The notes under the pieces are model-generated. The model did no database searches. It was given only the letters and a program-made list of their open reading frames with translations, and was not told where the DNA came from. A stretch of 64,000 nucleotides of DNA from Victivallaceae bacterium (GTDB taxonomy: Bacteria; Verrucomicrobiota; Lentisphaeria; Victivallales; Victivallaceae): the NCBI GenBank assembly GCA_034926605.1, contig JAYFQV010000009.1:51116-115115 (forward strand). The letters run 5' to 3'. This document shows, one piece after another, positions 38,255 to 47,866 of the stretch. A program made the translations under genes and the position numbers. The stretch's first letter is position 1; every line of letters starts with the position of its first letter.

Positions 38255-39397
38255 ATGACCAGATTGAGCATTTTGATGGCCTGTTACATGCAGGAAAAGT
38301 ACCTGGAGGAGGCAATCGATTCGGTTCTGAAGAGCGGCTTTGATTTCCGGGACAGCGAGATCATCATGTGGGACGACTGCTCCACCGACCGTACCTGGGA
38401 GATAATTCAGGACTACGGGCGCCGCTACCCTGATATCATTCGCCCGTTCCGCTCCGAAAGCAATATGGGCGTGGCCGACTGCGCCGCCGCGATGGTGAAC
38501 ACCGCCCGCGGCAAATATGTGATGATTTTCGATCATGACGACGTGCTGCTGCCGTTCGACATTGCCGGCGAACTGGATTTTCTCGACAAAAACTCCGATT
38601 ATGTGGCCAGCTACGGTCGCAAGCTCATGTTCGATGAAGAAAAAGGTCTGCACGGCCGGTCGATGGGCGGCCCTTACAGCGACTTCCTGATGATCCTGCA
38701 CCCGCCGATCAACAATAACGCTCTTATCATCCGGCGCGAAACGGCTTTGGCGGTGGGCAACTTCAAATCCACCCGCGAGGGCAAACTCTCCGGCGCGGCA
38801 GACATTTTTATGTGGCTGCGGCTGCGGCTGGCGGGCAAGCTGAGGTACGACAACGCGTCGCCGCGCCTGTTGCACCGCATTCACAAGAAACAGGTGACCC
38901 AGCGCGACAATCAGTCCGATGTCTACGTTCGCGACTACCGGTTTTTCCTCGATTATATGATCGAGCGTTACCCCAGCGTCTATGAAAAATTGTCCTCCGG
39001 CAAGGAGATGCGCTTTTCCAATGAAGAAACTTTCGCCGCGCTTATTATGCTTGGCGGAATGATACGCAATACCGATCAGGCGCAGGATCTCGACCGCTTT
39101 CTGTTCTATGCCAAGCAGCTGGCCCCGGAAGATCCGGCGGTGGACCAGCAGATCGGCGAATTCATGTTCAACCTCAAGCACTACGAGGATGCCGCGTTCA
39201 AGTTCTTCGACATATATATCAAGTTCGAGGACGACTACCATCGCCTGATCTCGCTGTCGTGGCTTACCAAGGCTTATGAAAAACTCGAACGGCCTATTGA
39301 CTATCTCCGTGCCGGAGCCGTCCGGGTGAGTAGCCGCTATTTCTCGCTTTCGCCCGAGAACCGGCGGATTCTGATGAATGTCCGGCGCTACAAATGA
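38255..39397 (+). CDS. Glycosyltransferase family 2
   Basis: MTRLSILMACYMQEKYLEEAIDSV... with a DxD region (WDDCSTD, DHDD). Confidence 0.65.
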   Translation: MTRLSILMACYMQEKYLEEAIDSVLKSGFDFRDSEIIMWDDCSTDRTWEIIQDYGRRYPDIIRPFRSESNMGVADCAAAMVNTARGKYVMIFDHDDVLLPFDIAGELDFLDKNSDYVASYGRKLMFDEEKGLHGRSMGGPYSDFLMILHPPINNNALIIRRETALAVGNFKSTREGKLSGAADIFMWLRLRLAGKLRYDNASPRLLHRIHKKQVTQRDNQSDVYVRDYRFFLDYMIERYPSVYEKLSSGKEMRFSNEETFAALIMLGGMIRNTDQAQDLDRFLFYAKQLAPEDPAVDQQIGEFMFNLKHYEDAAFKFFDIYIKFEDDYHRLISLSWLTKAYEKLERPIDYLRAGAVRVSSRYFSLSPENRRILMNVRRYK

Positions 39398-41247
39398 AAC
39401 CTTTCTTCTACCGTCCGGAGACCGCCGTCGCGTGTGTCGGACGGCTTTTGACCGCGCTGGAGCAGTGCGGCCATATCGGTTGCGGCGCCGGAAACGGCGT
39501 GCGCGAACTGGCTGTGACCATCGATCCTGATTCGGCCGGCCGCTGGCGGCTCGATGTTTCCGGCGATGTCGTCACGGTTAAGGCCGGCGGAGTTTCCGAG
39601 GCCGCGCGAGGCATCGGGGCTGCTTTGGCCGGTGCGCAGGCGGGTGACGACGGTGCGCGTGAGTTCCGAACCTTCGGCATATTGCTGGACAGTTCCCGGA
39701 ACTTTGTGTTCAATGTCGGCTATCTCAAGCAATATTTCGCGGCCTTGGCCATGATGGGCTGCAACCTGGCGATGATCTACACCAAGGATGCCTACCGTCT
39801 GGAGGGCGAGCCCTGGTTCGGTTATCTGCGCGGAGGCTACACCGCCGGTGAACTGCGGGAACTCGACGATTTTGCGGACGCCGTGGGCATTGAACTGATC
39901 GGTGCCATTCAGGCGCTGGGCCATCTTGAGCCGGTACTGCGCTGGCCTGCCTGCGCTCCGATCGCGGACACCCCGTCCGTGTTGCTCACCAGCGAACCGG
40001 CGAGTTACCGCCTGATTGCCAAAATGCTGGATTTTTTCTCCGAAAATCTGCGCAGCCGGCGTATCCATCTGGGTATGGACGAGACCCACGACCTCGGCCG
40101 CGGCCGCTACATGGACCTCAACGGTTACAAGCGCGGGTTCGATATTTACAATGAACACCTGGCCAAAGTGATGCCGATGTGCGCCGAACGCGGGCTGGCG
40201 CCGATGATCTGGAGCGACATGTTCTTCCGCATGGGCAGCAAGAATCTCGACTATTACGATCCCGCCTCGGAGATTCCCGCCGATGTCGCCGCCGCGATTC
40301 CATCCGGCGTTCAGCTCTCCTACTGGGACTATTACCATACCGATCGCGCGTTTTATGCCGACTGGATATCCCGCCATCTTCCGCTTGCCGGCAAACCGGT
40401 AATGACTTCCGGCATCTGGACATGGAGCGTGTTCTGGTATGACCACGCCACCACCCGTGCCACCGTCGAGCCGTGCCTTGCCGCCTGCCGGGAGAAAGCG
40501 GTGGACGAGGTGGTGTTCGCACTGTGGGCCGACGACGGCGGTTACTGCGACTGGGGATCGGCGCTTGCCGGCGCGGCATATGTGGGGGGCATGATGTTTC
40601 CCGGCGGCCCGGATGTCCGGGCGCTGTTCAGGGCCGTTACCGGCGGAGACTATGATCTGCACCTGAAATTGTCGGAGATGGGCGAGCGGCGCGGCGAGTT
40701 CGAGCTGCTCTCCCCCGCGATATTGTGGGATGATCCGCTGCTTCAGATATACTGGAAGGAACAGGCTGCCGCCCGCGGCGGGGATTACTGGCCTCAAGTG
40801 ATCGAAAAGTTCGACGCGCTGATCGCCGCCACGCCGTCCGGCGACGGTTCCGGCCCGTTGCCGTTGGCCGGCGACATTTGCCATGCGCGCTGTCTGTTGG
40901 ACGTGCTTGGCCGCAAACTCAAGCTGACTGCCGGGCTTCGCCGCGCCAACCATGACCCGGAATTTCGGAAAGGCCTGCTGGCATCCGGCGAATTTGAGCT
41001 GCTGGATGCGGCGTTGGCGCATCTGGAGGAGTCGTTCCGGCGGCACTGGTATGGCCGCGGCCGGATTGCCGGGTTCGAAGTCATGCAGATCCGGCTGGCG
41101 GGTCAGCGCCGCCGCTGGGAGGAGGCGAAGCGGCTGCTCGCCGCATTGCCCGACGGCGAGTCCATCGGCGAGATCGATGAAACCGCGCCTTCAGGCGGAG
41201 TATTCAACCAGTACAAATTTTATGCAACCGCATCTTATTTTATTTGA
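39394..41247 (+). CDS. GH20-like (beta-hexosaminidase family) hydrolase, divergent
   Basis: FGILLDSSRNF ... IHLGMDETHDLG resembles the GH20 R-x-x-D-x-x-R and H-x-G-G-D-E catalytic motifs. No signal peptide. 4-nt overlap with GT2. Confidence 0.45.
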   Translation: MKPFFYRPETAVACVGRLLTALEQCGHIGCGAGNGVRELAVTIDPDSAGRWRLDVSGDVVTVKAGGVSEAARGIGAALAGAQAGDDGAREFRTFGILLDSSRNFVFNVGYLKQYFAALAMMGCNLAMIYTKDAYRLEGEPWFGYLRGGYTAGELRELDDFADAVGIELIGAIQALGHLEPVLRWPACAPIADTPSVLLTSEPASYRLIAKMLDFFSENLRSRRIHLGMDETHDLGRGRYMDLNGYKRGFDIYNEHLAKVMPMCAERGLAPMIWSDMFFRMGSKNLDYYDPASEIPADVAAAIPSGVQLSYWDYYHTDRAFYADWISRHLPLAGKPVMTSGIWTWSVFWYDHATTRATVEPCLAACREKAVDEVVFALWADDGGYCDWGSALAGAAYVGGMMFPGGPDVRALFRAVTGGDYDLHLKLSEMGERRGEFELLSPAILWDDPLLQIYWKEQAAARGGDYWPQVIEKFDALIAATPSGDGSGPLPLAGDICHARCLLDVLGRKLKLTAGLRRANHDPEFRKGLLASGEFELLDAALAHLEESFRRHWYGRGRIAGFEVMQIRLAGQRRRWEEAKRLLAALPDGESIGEIDETAPSGGVFNQYKFYATASYFI

Positions 41248-41274
41248 TCGAACCAACAAAAAAGAGGGATAGCC

Positions 41275-43032
41275 ATGAACGAAAAAGCAAAGGCGATGGC
41301 GGAGGATTTCCTCCGTAACGAAACCCAGTTCCATCTGGGAATGTTGCCGACTGAGCAGTCCAACCCCAGAACCAAGGATCTCGACCGGGTGTTCAAGAAC
41401 AACGCGGCCGAGGGTATCCGACTGCTGCTGTCGGTGGACTACGACATCATACCGATGGCGAAGAAGATGTTCAAATCCGAGCAGTTCCGCAAACTGGCGG
41501 AGACCGGTTACGAGACCATAAAGGCCGGCCACCGCGTGATTTTTTCCGGCTGCGGCGCCACCGGACGTATCAGTATAATCATGGAGTCGGCCTGGCGCAA
41601 GTTCTTCAACGGGCTTAAGGCGGATCATCCCGCAATCTATGCGAAAGTGGGCGACTGGGAGAATCGCGTGTTCTCGATCATGACCGGCGGCGACTATGCG
41701 CTGGTCAAGTCCGTCGAGTGTTTCGAGGATTTCGCCGAGTTCGGCCGTCAGCAGGTACGCGAATATGACGTTACCTCCGACGATATGCTGGTGGCGATTA
41801 CCGAGGGCGGCGAAACCAGCAGCGTGCTCGGTACCGTCGACGAGTTTCTAAACCGCGGCGGCAAAGTATTCCTGCTTTTCAACAACCCGGCGGACATTCT
41901 CGCCAAGCATATCGAACGCTCCCGGAAGGCGATCGAAGATCCGCGCGTGACCGTGCTTGATCTCTACTGCTGCCCGATGGCCATCGCCGGCTCCACCCGG
42001 ATGCAGGCCACCACCTGCGAGCAGATGACCGCCGAGTACGCGCAGGAACTCTGGATCAAACGTTACTTCAAAGAGACCCTTTCCGCGGCGGAATACGCCT
42101 CGCTGGGCTGGCAGGATTACGACCCGGTCGATGAACTCGAGAAGATCATCGACGCGATCCGTTCCGAGGAAAACGCCGAGTCGGTGGCCGAACTTCTGCG
42201 CACCGAGGAGAAGATATACAAGCAGCACGGTCTGATCACTTACTTTGCCGATGAGTTTCTGTTCGACGTGTTTACCGACACCACCGAGCGTTCCCCCACT
42301 TTCATGCTGCCGCCGTTCCGCAAGTTCGACGACATGAAGACGGTCACCAGCTGGGCGTTCGTCAAGAATCCGCTCTATTCCACACCCGAAACCTGGAAAC
42401 GCCAGATGTGCCGCGATCTCCGCTGCCTCGGGTGGAAACCGGCCGACTACCAGCGCATGGGCGCCCCGGCGTTCATCGTGGACAATCCGCCCGCGATTTC
42501 GCGCGAGGAGTTGCTCCGTTTCCACATCGGCAACGAAGTCGAGTCCGACCGTTTCGAGCGGCATCCCGCCGTGGCGATCACCCTCAACGGCGAGATCGAA
42601 GCCGGACGGCTTGACGATTTCAATGGGGCGATGAAGACTTCCGGCGCAAAATTCGACAAGGTTTTCTCGATCTGGGTCGGCGGCGAATCCAATCACGCCA
42701 ACGCCGACTTCTTCGTCAAGGCCTCCACTCCGAAATCGCCGCTGAACCTGATGGCGCATCTGCTGGCCAAGCTGGTGCTTAACACCATGAGCAGCGGAAC
42801 CATGGTTCTCTACGGCCGCGTTTCCGGCAACTGGATGAGCTATGTGCAGGTATCGAACAAAAAGCTGCGCGACCGCGGAATCCGGCTGGTCTGCGAACTT
42901 TGCAACGTGGATTATCCCACCGCCTGCTATGAGCTGCACAAGACTATGGAGGAGGATTCACACCTCGACCACAGCAATCAGGAGCCGCCCGCGCTGGTTC
43001 AGATGACCATCGAGCGGCTGGGCCGCAAATAA
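41275..43032 (+). CDS. Two-SIS-domain protein of the GCKR / MurQ (N-acetylmuramic acid 6-phosphate etherase) family
   Basis: N-terminal LPTEQSNPRTKDLDRV matches the MurQ/GCKR TEQ.NP.T..LD motif. GCGATGRISI SIS P-loop. 585 aa, about twice the length of MurQ, like eukaryotic GCKR. Confidence 0.55.
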   Translation: MNEKAKAMAEDFLRNETQFHLGMLPTEQSNPRTKDLDRVFKNNAAEGIRLLLSVDYDIIPMAKKMFKSEQFRKLAETGYETIKAGHRVIFSGCGATGRISIIMESAWRKFFNGLKADHPAIYAKVGDWENRVFSIMTGGDYALVKSVECFEDFAEFGRQQVREYDVTSDDMLVAITEGGETSSVLGTVDEFLNRGGKVFLLFNNPADILAKHIERSRKAIEDPRVTVLDLYCCPMAIAGSTRMQATTCEQMTAEYAQELWIKRYFKETLSAAEYASLGWQDYDPVDELEKIIDAIRSEENAESVAELLRTEEKIYKQHGLITYFADEFLFDVFTDTTERSPTFMLPPFRKFDDMKTVTSWAFVKNPLYSTPETWKRQMCRDLRCLGWKPADYQRMGAPAFIVDNPPAISREELLRFHIGNEVESDRFERHPAVAITLNGEIEAGRLDDFNGAMKTSGAKFDKVFSIWVGGESNHANADFFVKASTPKSPLNLMAHLLAKLVLNTMSSGTMVLYGRVSGNWMSYVQVSNKKLRDRGIRLVCELCNVDYPTACYELHKTMEEDSHLDHSNQEPPALVQMTIERLGRK

Positions 43033-43050
43033 TCGGATTTCCCGATGTTT

Positions 43051-43085
43051 CCGCCGGAACGTTTCCGGCGGATTTTTTTTTTTTT
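43051..43085 (+). terminator. Strong rho-independent terminator with a 13-T tract
   Basis: CCGCCGGAA-CGT-TTCCGGCGG perfect 9-bp stem followed by T13 (43073-43085). Confidence 0.8.
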
Positions 43086-43191
43086 GTCTATATCCGGACA
43101 GAAACAACAAATTCCCGCCCGGAGCTTGACTTTTTTGTTTTATGTGCCATATTGACACATGACAACGCAATGACATCCGACGGGAGTTGAA

Positions 43192-44361
43192 ATGGCTGAG
43201 AAGAAGAGTTTTATAGACCGGTTCATTGAACGGCTGGACTCGATCGACGGCGGCAGTTTGCAGGCGTATCTGCTGCGGCTGAGCCGCGACAAGGGTTTTT
43301 TCGCGACCATCCTGAACGCGGTGGACGACGGCATTCTGGTTATCGACCGCTCGCTGCGCATACGCTATCACAACAAGACCGCGCGCGAACTGTTGGGGCT
43401 GCCGGCCGATTTATCGCGGGTGGGGCTTTCGCACTTCATCCGCAATGTGGACTGGCAGGCGGTGGTGCAGCAGGACGTGGCAGAATGGACGCGCCTGCTG
43501 CGTGAGGAGGTGGAAATATTCTACCCGGCCCACCGGTTTCTGCGTCTTTATCTGGTGCCGCAGGAACTTGACGGAGAGTCGTGCGCAATCGTGATATTGC
43601 ACGACGTGACCGAGCAGCGCAGGCGCACCACCGAGGAGTTGCGCAACGGCGCGGCCGAGGCGGTGTCCTTGCTGGCGGCCGGAGTGGCGCACGAAATAGG
43701 CAATCCGTTGAACAGCCTTTACCTCAATCTTCAGCTGATCGATCGCGAACTCTCGGATTCCGGTTTTGCGCCTGAGTCCGGCCAGATGGTCAAGTCATGT
43801 ATGGCCGAGGTGGAGCGGCTGGACAACATAATCCATCAGTTTCTGCATGCGATCCGCCCGGGCTTTCCCAAACTGGAGCCGACCTCGCTGGTCGCGGCGG
43901 TGATGGAGACTCTCGATTTCATGCGCCGCGAGTTCGAACTGAAACAGGCGCAGGTCACTTTCGACGCTCCCGACACGGTTCCGGAAGTGCTGGCCGACGT
44001 TTCACAGCTCAAGCAGGCGTTTTACAATATCCTCAAGAATTCGCTTGAAGCGATCTCGAGCGGCGGCCACATCGCCATAAAGTGCAGCTACAATCCCGAT
44101 ACGGTGGACCTGACTTTTTCCGACGACGGTTGCGGCGTGACGCCGGAACAGCTATCTTCGATGTTTCAGGCGTTCAAGACGTTCAAACCGGGCGGCAACG
44201 GGCTGGGCATGATGATCGTGCAGCGTATACTTACCGAGCACGGCGCAACCTTCGGCGTGTCCGGCGGGGAAGGCGAAGGGCTCAGCTTCCAGGCGCGGTT
44301 CCCGCGTCGCGACCGCGGCTTTGCGCAGTTGCCCGAGAACGCCGGAAAGGAGCGCGCCTGA
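43192..44361 (+). CDS. Cytoplasmic PAS-domain sensor histidine kinase (NtrB/AtoS-like)
   Basis: PAS region (ILVIDRSLRIRYHNKTAREL), H-box AAGVAHEIGNPLNSL, HATPase G-boxes DDGCGV...GGNGLGM. No TM segment. Confidence 0.75.
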   Translation: MAEKKSFIDRFIERLDSIDGGSLQAYLLRLSRDKGFFATILNAVDDGILVIDRSLRIRYHNKTARELLGLPADLSRVGLSHFIRNVDWQAVVQQDVAEWTRLLREEVEIFYPAHRFLRLYLVPQELDGESCAIVILHDVTEQRRRTTEELRNGAAEAVSLLAAGVAHEIGNPLNSLYLNLQLIDRELSDSGFAPESGQMVKSCMAEVERLDNIIHQFLHAIRPGFPKLEPTSLVAAVMETLDFMRREFELKQAQVTFDAPDTVPEVLADVSQLKQAFYNILKNSLEAISSGGHIAIKCSYNPDTVDLTFSDDGCGVTPEQLSSMFQAFKTFKPGGNGLGMMIVQRILTEHGATFGVSGGEGEGLSFQARFPRRDRGFAQLPENAGKERA

Positions 44362-45698
44362 TGGCTGACAAACCCACCATGCTGCTGGCGGACGACGAGC
44401 GTTCCACCCGCGATGCGCTCGAGCGTTATCTGCGTCGCGACTACGATGTGACCTTGGCGGAAGACGGTCGGGTGGCCCTGAACCTGCTGGCCCGCCGTAA
44501 CTTCGATTTTGTACTGACCGACCTTAAGATGCCCGGCGCCGACGGCCGTGCCGTAATCGAGTCCGCTCAGAAACTCGACCCGGTTCCTACCTGTCTGGTG
44601 TTCTCCGCCTACGGTACGGTGGAGTCGGCGGTGGAGGTGATGAAACTCGGTGCTTTCGATTTCGTCGAAAAACCGGTCAACCTCAACCATCTCGACATGG
44701 TGCTCAAGCGCGCCCGCGAAGCGCGCAATCTTACGCAGGAAAACAGGCAGCTGCGCCAGAAACTGGCGGACAACCGCGGAGTTGACATGGTTGCCGCTTC
44801 CCCGGCGATGGCCGGGATACTTGATTTGATCAAGCAGATCGCCCCGTCGCGTTCGACGGTGCTGCTGACCGGCGAGTCCGGCACCGGCAAGGAGGTGGCC
44901 GCCAATCTGATTCACAAACTCAGCGGGCGTACCGGCCCATTTGTGGCGGTGCACTGCGCCGCGCTCCCGGCCACGTTGCTGGAAAGTGAACTGTTCGGCC
45001 ACGAAAAAGGCGCCTTCACCGGTGCGATCGAGCAGAAGAAAGGACGTTTCGAACTGGCAAATGACGGAACCTTGTTTCTTGACGAGATCGGCGAGATCGA
45101 TCCGCAGGTGCAGGTGAAACTGTTGCGCGTACTCGAAACCCGCGAGTTCGAACGTCTTGGCGGCGGCGAACCTTTGTACAGCAGCGCGCGGCTGGTGGCC
45201 GCCACCAACCGCGATCTGCGCAAGATGGTGCGCGACGGCAAGTTCCGCGAAGACCTTTTCTATCGGTTGGACGTAGTGACCATCGACCTGCCGCCGCTGC
45301 GAAAGCGGGTGGAGGACATTCCGATACTGGTGAAGCGTTTCCTCGACCACTTTGCCGCCGAAAACGGCCGCGGTACCATGAACATTGCGCCGGACGCCCT
45401 GGAGGCGTTGTGCCGCTACCGCTGGCCCGGCAATATCCGGGAATTGCGCAACGCGGTGGAACGCATGGTGGTGCTGTGCCGTACCGACACGCTTACCGTT
45501 TCCGACCTTCCCGCCGCCGTGCGCGAAAACGCCGGCCCGGAACCGGCGGCGCTTCCCGGCGAAACCATCGACGATCACGAGAAGGCATTGATTGAACGCG
45601 CCCTGCGTGAAGCCAACGGCAATCGCACGGTCGCCGCCAGGAAGCTGGGCATTCCGCGGCGCACCTTCTATCGCAGACTGGAGAAATACGGGTTATGA
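44361..45698 (+). CDS. Sigma-54-dependent response regulator (NtrC family): REC + AAA+ + Fis-type HTH
   Basis: ATGA start/stop overlap with the kinase. REC with D at LTDLKMPG. GESGTGKE Walker A, GAFTGA sigma-54 contact motif. C-terminal HTH ARKLGIPRRTFYRRL. Confidence 0.85.
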   Translation: MADKPTMLLADDERSTRDALERYLRRDYDVTLAEDGRVALNLLARRNFDFVLTDLKMPGADGRAVIESAQKLDPVPTCLVFSAYGTVESAVEVMKLGAFDFVEKPVNLNHLDMVLKRAREARNLTQENRQLRQKLADNRGVDMVAASPAMAGILDLIKQIAPSRSTVLLTGESGTGKEVAANLIHKLSGRTGPFVAVHCAALPATLLESELFGHEKGAFTGAIEQKKGRFELANDGTLFLDEIGEIDPQVQVKLLRVLETREFERLGGGEPLYSSARLVAATNRDLRKMVRDGKFREDLFYRLDVVTIDLPPLRKRVEDIPILVKRFLDHFAAENGRGTMNIAPDALEALCRYRWPGNIRELRNAVERMVVLCRTDTLTVSDLPAAVRENAGPEPAALPGETIDDHEKALIERALREANGNRTVAARKLGIPRRTFYRRLEKYGL

Positions 45699-46504
45699 GA
45701 ATCATATTGAGAATTGCCGCCGTCGTTTTTACCGTCGGGTTCGCGTGGGCCGGCTCTCCGCCCCGTGCGGTGTCGCTGTCTCCCGCCATTACCGAACTGA
45801 TATGCAAGCTCGGCGGATTAGAACGTCTGGCCGGGCGCAGCAGCGCCTGCGACTATCCGGCCGAGGTGGCGTCGTTGCCGGTAGCCGGAGACTTCGCCTC
45901 TCCGTCCGTGGAGAAAATCGCCGCCATCGGTCCGGATATGGTTGTTTCGGATGTTTTTCAGGATCCGGAGGCGGTCAAATTGATGAAGTCGTGGGGAATA
46001 GACGTGGAGTGCCTGCCGTTGAACTCGCTTGACGACTACGAGAAGGCGACCTCCCGGCTGGGCGAACTGCTTGATTTGAAAGAGAACGCCGCGAAAGAGG
46101 TGGAGCGAACCCGGGCCGAGCGCAAGAAATTAGCCGCCGAGCCGGTTGCAAATCCGGTGAAAGTTCTGCTGCTGTTTTGGGATTCCCCGCCGGTAAGCTG
46201 CGGGAAACGGTCGTTTTTGAACGACTATCTTGCTCTGGCCGGCGGTGTCAGCGTGACCGGCGAAGCCGACGAGGGGTATTACTATCCGTCTACCGAAGTG
46301 CTGGTGCAGGCCGCTCCCGAGGTGGTGCTCTGCCCTGAAACCCAGGGAATGACGCTTGAAAACGTCCGAAGCTGGACGACGGTTCCGGCAGTTAAGAACA
46401 AACGCATCCATGAGCTGAACGCGGCCGATTCCCAGGTCGTATTCCGGATGTCGCCGCGCTGGGTTGAGGCGGTGGCAATCTTGAAGAAGCTGCTGGCTGA
46501 ATGA
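45695..46504 (+). CDS. Periplasmic substrate-binding protein, BtuF/FhuD-like (ABC type III cluster), orphan
   Basis: Signal peptide present. AVSLSPAITELICKLG and PDMVVS motifs typical of cobalamin/siderophore binding proteins. No permease or ATPase gene nearby. Confidence 0.55.
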   Translation: MRIILRIAAVVFTVGFAWAGSPPRAVSLSPAITELICKLGGLERLAGRSSACDYPAEVASLPVAGDFASPSVEKIAAIGPDMVVSDVFQDPEAVKLMKSWGIDVECLPLNSLDDYEKATSRLGELLDLKENAAKEVERTRAERKKLAAEPVANPVKVLLLFWDSPPVSCGKRSFLNDYLALAGGVSVTGEADEGYYYPSTEVLVQAAPEVVLCPETQGMTLENVRSWTTVPAVKNKRIHELNAADSQVVFRMSPRWVEAVAILKKLLAE

Positions 46505-47091
46505 GGTACGTTGATTTTCATACTCACGGCGAGGTGCCTGAGGGGGTGGTTGCGATCATTTCCGGCACGGTGCGTCCGGCGCGCGGCTTTTTCTCCCGCC
46601 AGTGTCTGCCGTCGGAATTTACCGGCGAAGTTCCGGACTTGGCCGGGGCCGATGCGTTGGGCGAGATCGGGCTGGATCGAAGGCTTGCCGTGCCGATGGA
46701 CAGGCAGCGGGCCATACTGCGCATACTTTTGGCCGCCGCCGGGGATTTGCCGGTGGTGATTCATTGCGTGCGCGCCTACCCCGAACTCAACGCGGAACTG
46801 AAAAACTTTGTCGGGCGGGTGCTGCTGCACAGGTTCAACGGTTCGTTGCGGGAAATGGACAATCAGCTGGCTTCGGGACGGTATCTGTCGTTCGGGTTCG
46901 GTGACCTGCGCTTGGCGGCGCGGGTGTGGCGTCTGCGGCCGGAACTGCTGGCGCTTGAAAGCGATGGCAAACCGACGGATTACGCGGAATGTTATCGGTG
47001 CGCGGCGGAGGAATTTGGTACTGATCAGGAGTCGCTGGCAGCCTGTCTGGAAAACAATATGAAAGTTTTTATGAATGTCGAAAATCTTTGA
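46501..47091 (+). CDS. Short TatD-family metal-dependent hydrolase-like protein
   Basis: FHTHGE, GEIGLD, PVVIHCVRA motifs. Only 196 aa. Confidence 0.45.
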   Translation: MRYVDFHTHGEVPEGVVAIISGTVRPARGFFSRQCLPSEFTGEVPDLAGADALGEIGLDRRLAVPMDRQRAILRILLAAAGDLPVVIHCVRAYPELNAELKNFVGRVLLHRFNGSLREMDNQLASGRYLSFGFGDLRLAARVWRLRPELLALESDGKPTDYAECYRCAAEEFGTDQESLAACLENNMKVFMNVENL

Positions 47092-47818
47092 GCGAACGGA
47101 ACTTTTGATAGGTCGCGAGGGTCTAATAAGATTGAGGGCCGCACATGTTATGGTGGTCGGCGCCGGCGGCGTCGGAGCGTTTGCGGCGGAGTTCGCCGCA
47201 CGCGCCGGAATCGGCAAGCTGACCGTGGTGGATGGCGACGCGGTGGCCGAGTCCAACCGCAATCGTCAGCTGATTGCGCTGGAATCAACTATGGAACGTC
47301 GTAAGGTTGCTGTGCTCGCCGAGAGGCTGCGTGATGCGGTCGGGGCCGAGGTCGTTGAGGTCGACCGGTTCCTTACCGCCGAGGACGTGGCGGCCCTCCT
47401 GGAGGCAGAAGCCGATTTTGTGATAGACGCCATTGATTCCGTGCCGGTGAAGGCGCGGCTTATTTTTGAATGCGAACGCCGCGGCGTTCCCATGGTTTCG
47501 AGCATGGGCGCGGCCGGAAAACTCGACCCCGCGCAGATAAAAGTCGCCCCGCTCGGCAAGACCAGCCACTGTCCGCTGGCACGCGCGGTGCGCAAGGCGG
47601 TGCGCGATCTTGGCGGAAGCGATTCGGTTCCAACGGTATTTTCCCCCGAGCCGCCGCCAGGAAACCGGCTGGAATTCGAGGACGCCGGCGGCGGCCGCCG
47701 TTCGGCTCCCGGTGTAATATCCTACCTTCCGGCGGCCTTCGGTGTTTTTTGCGCGGCCGAGGCGGTGCGCCATTTGCTTGAAAAAAACGCCCCGGCGCTT
47801 GAAAAGCCGCGGATTTGA
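47075..47818 (+). CDS. tcdA: tRNA threonylcarbamoyladenosine dehydratase TcdA/CsdL (ThiF/MoeB E1-like)
   Basis: VVGAGGVGAFAAEFAARAGIGKLTVVDGD Rossmann. TcdA-like conserved Cys/His further along. Confidence 0.7.
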   Translation: MSKIFERTELLIGREGLIRLRAAHVMVVGAGGVGAFAAEFAARAGIGKLTVVDGDAVAESNRNRQLIALESTMERRKVAVLAERLRDAVGAEVVEVDRFLTAEDVAALLEAEADFVIDAIDSVPVKARLIFECERRGVPMVSSMGAAGKLDPAQIKVAPLGKTSHCPLARAVRKAVRDLGGSDSVPTVFSPEPPPGNRLEFEDAGGGRRSAPGVISYLPAAFGVFCAAEAVRHLLEKNAPALEKPRI

Positions 47819-47866
47819 ACTAATTTACTTTAAACTAATCCAATTCACGCAATCACGAGGTGACAA

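Noticed and set aside
41848-45578. Long minus-strand ORFs (41848-42939, 44166-45578) and 56675-57586
   Set aside because: Antisense to the MurQ/GCKR-like, NtrC-like and MotA-like genes respectively. All are low-complexity.
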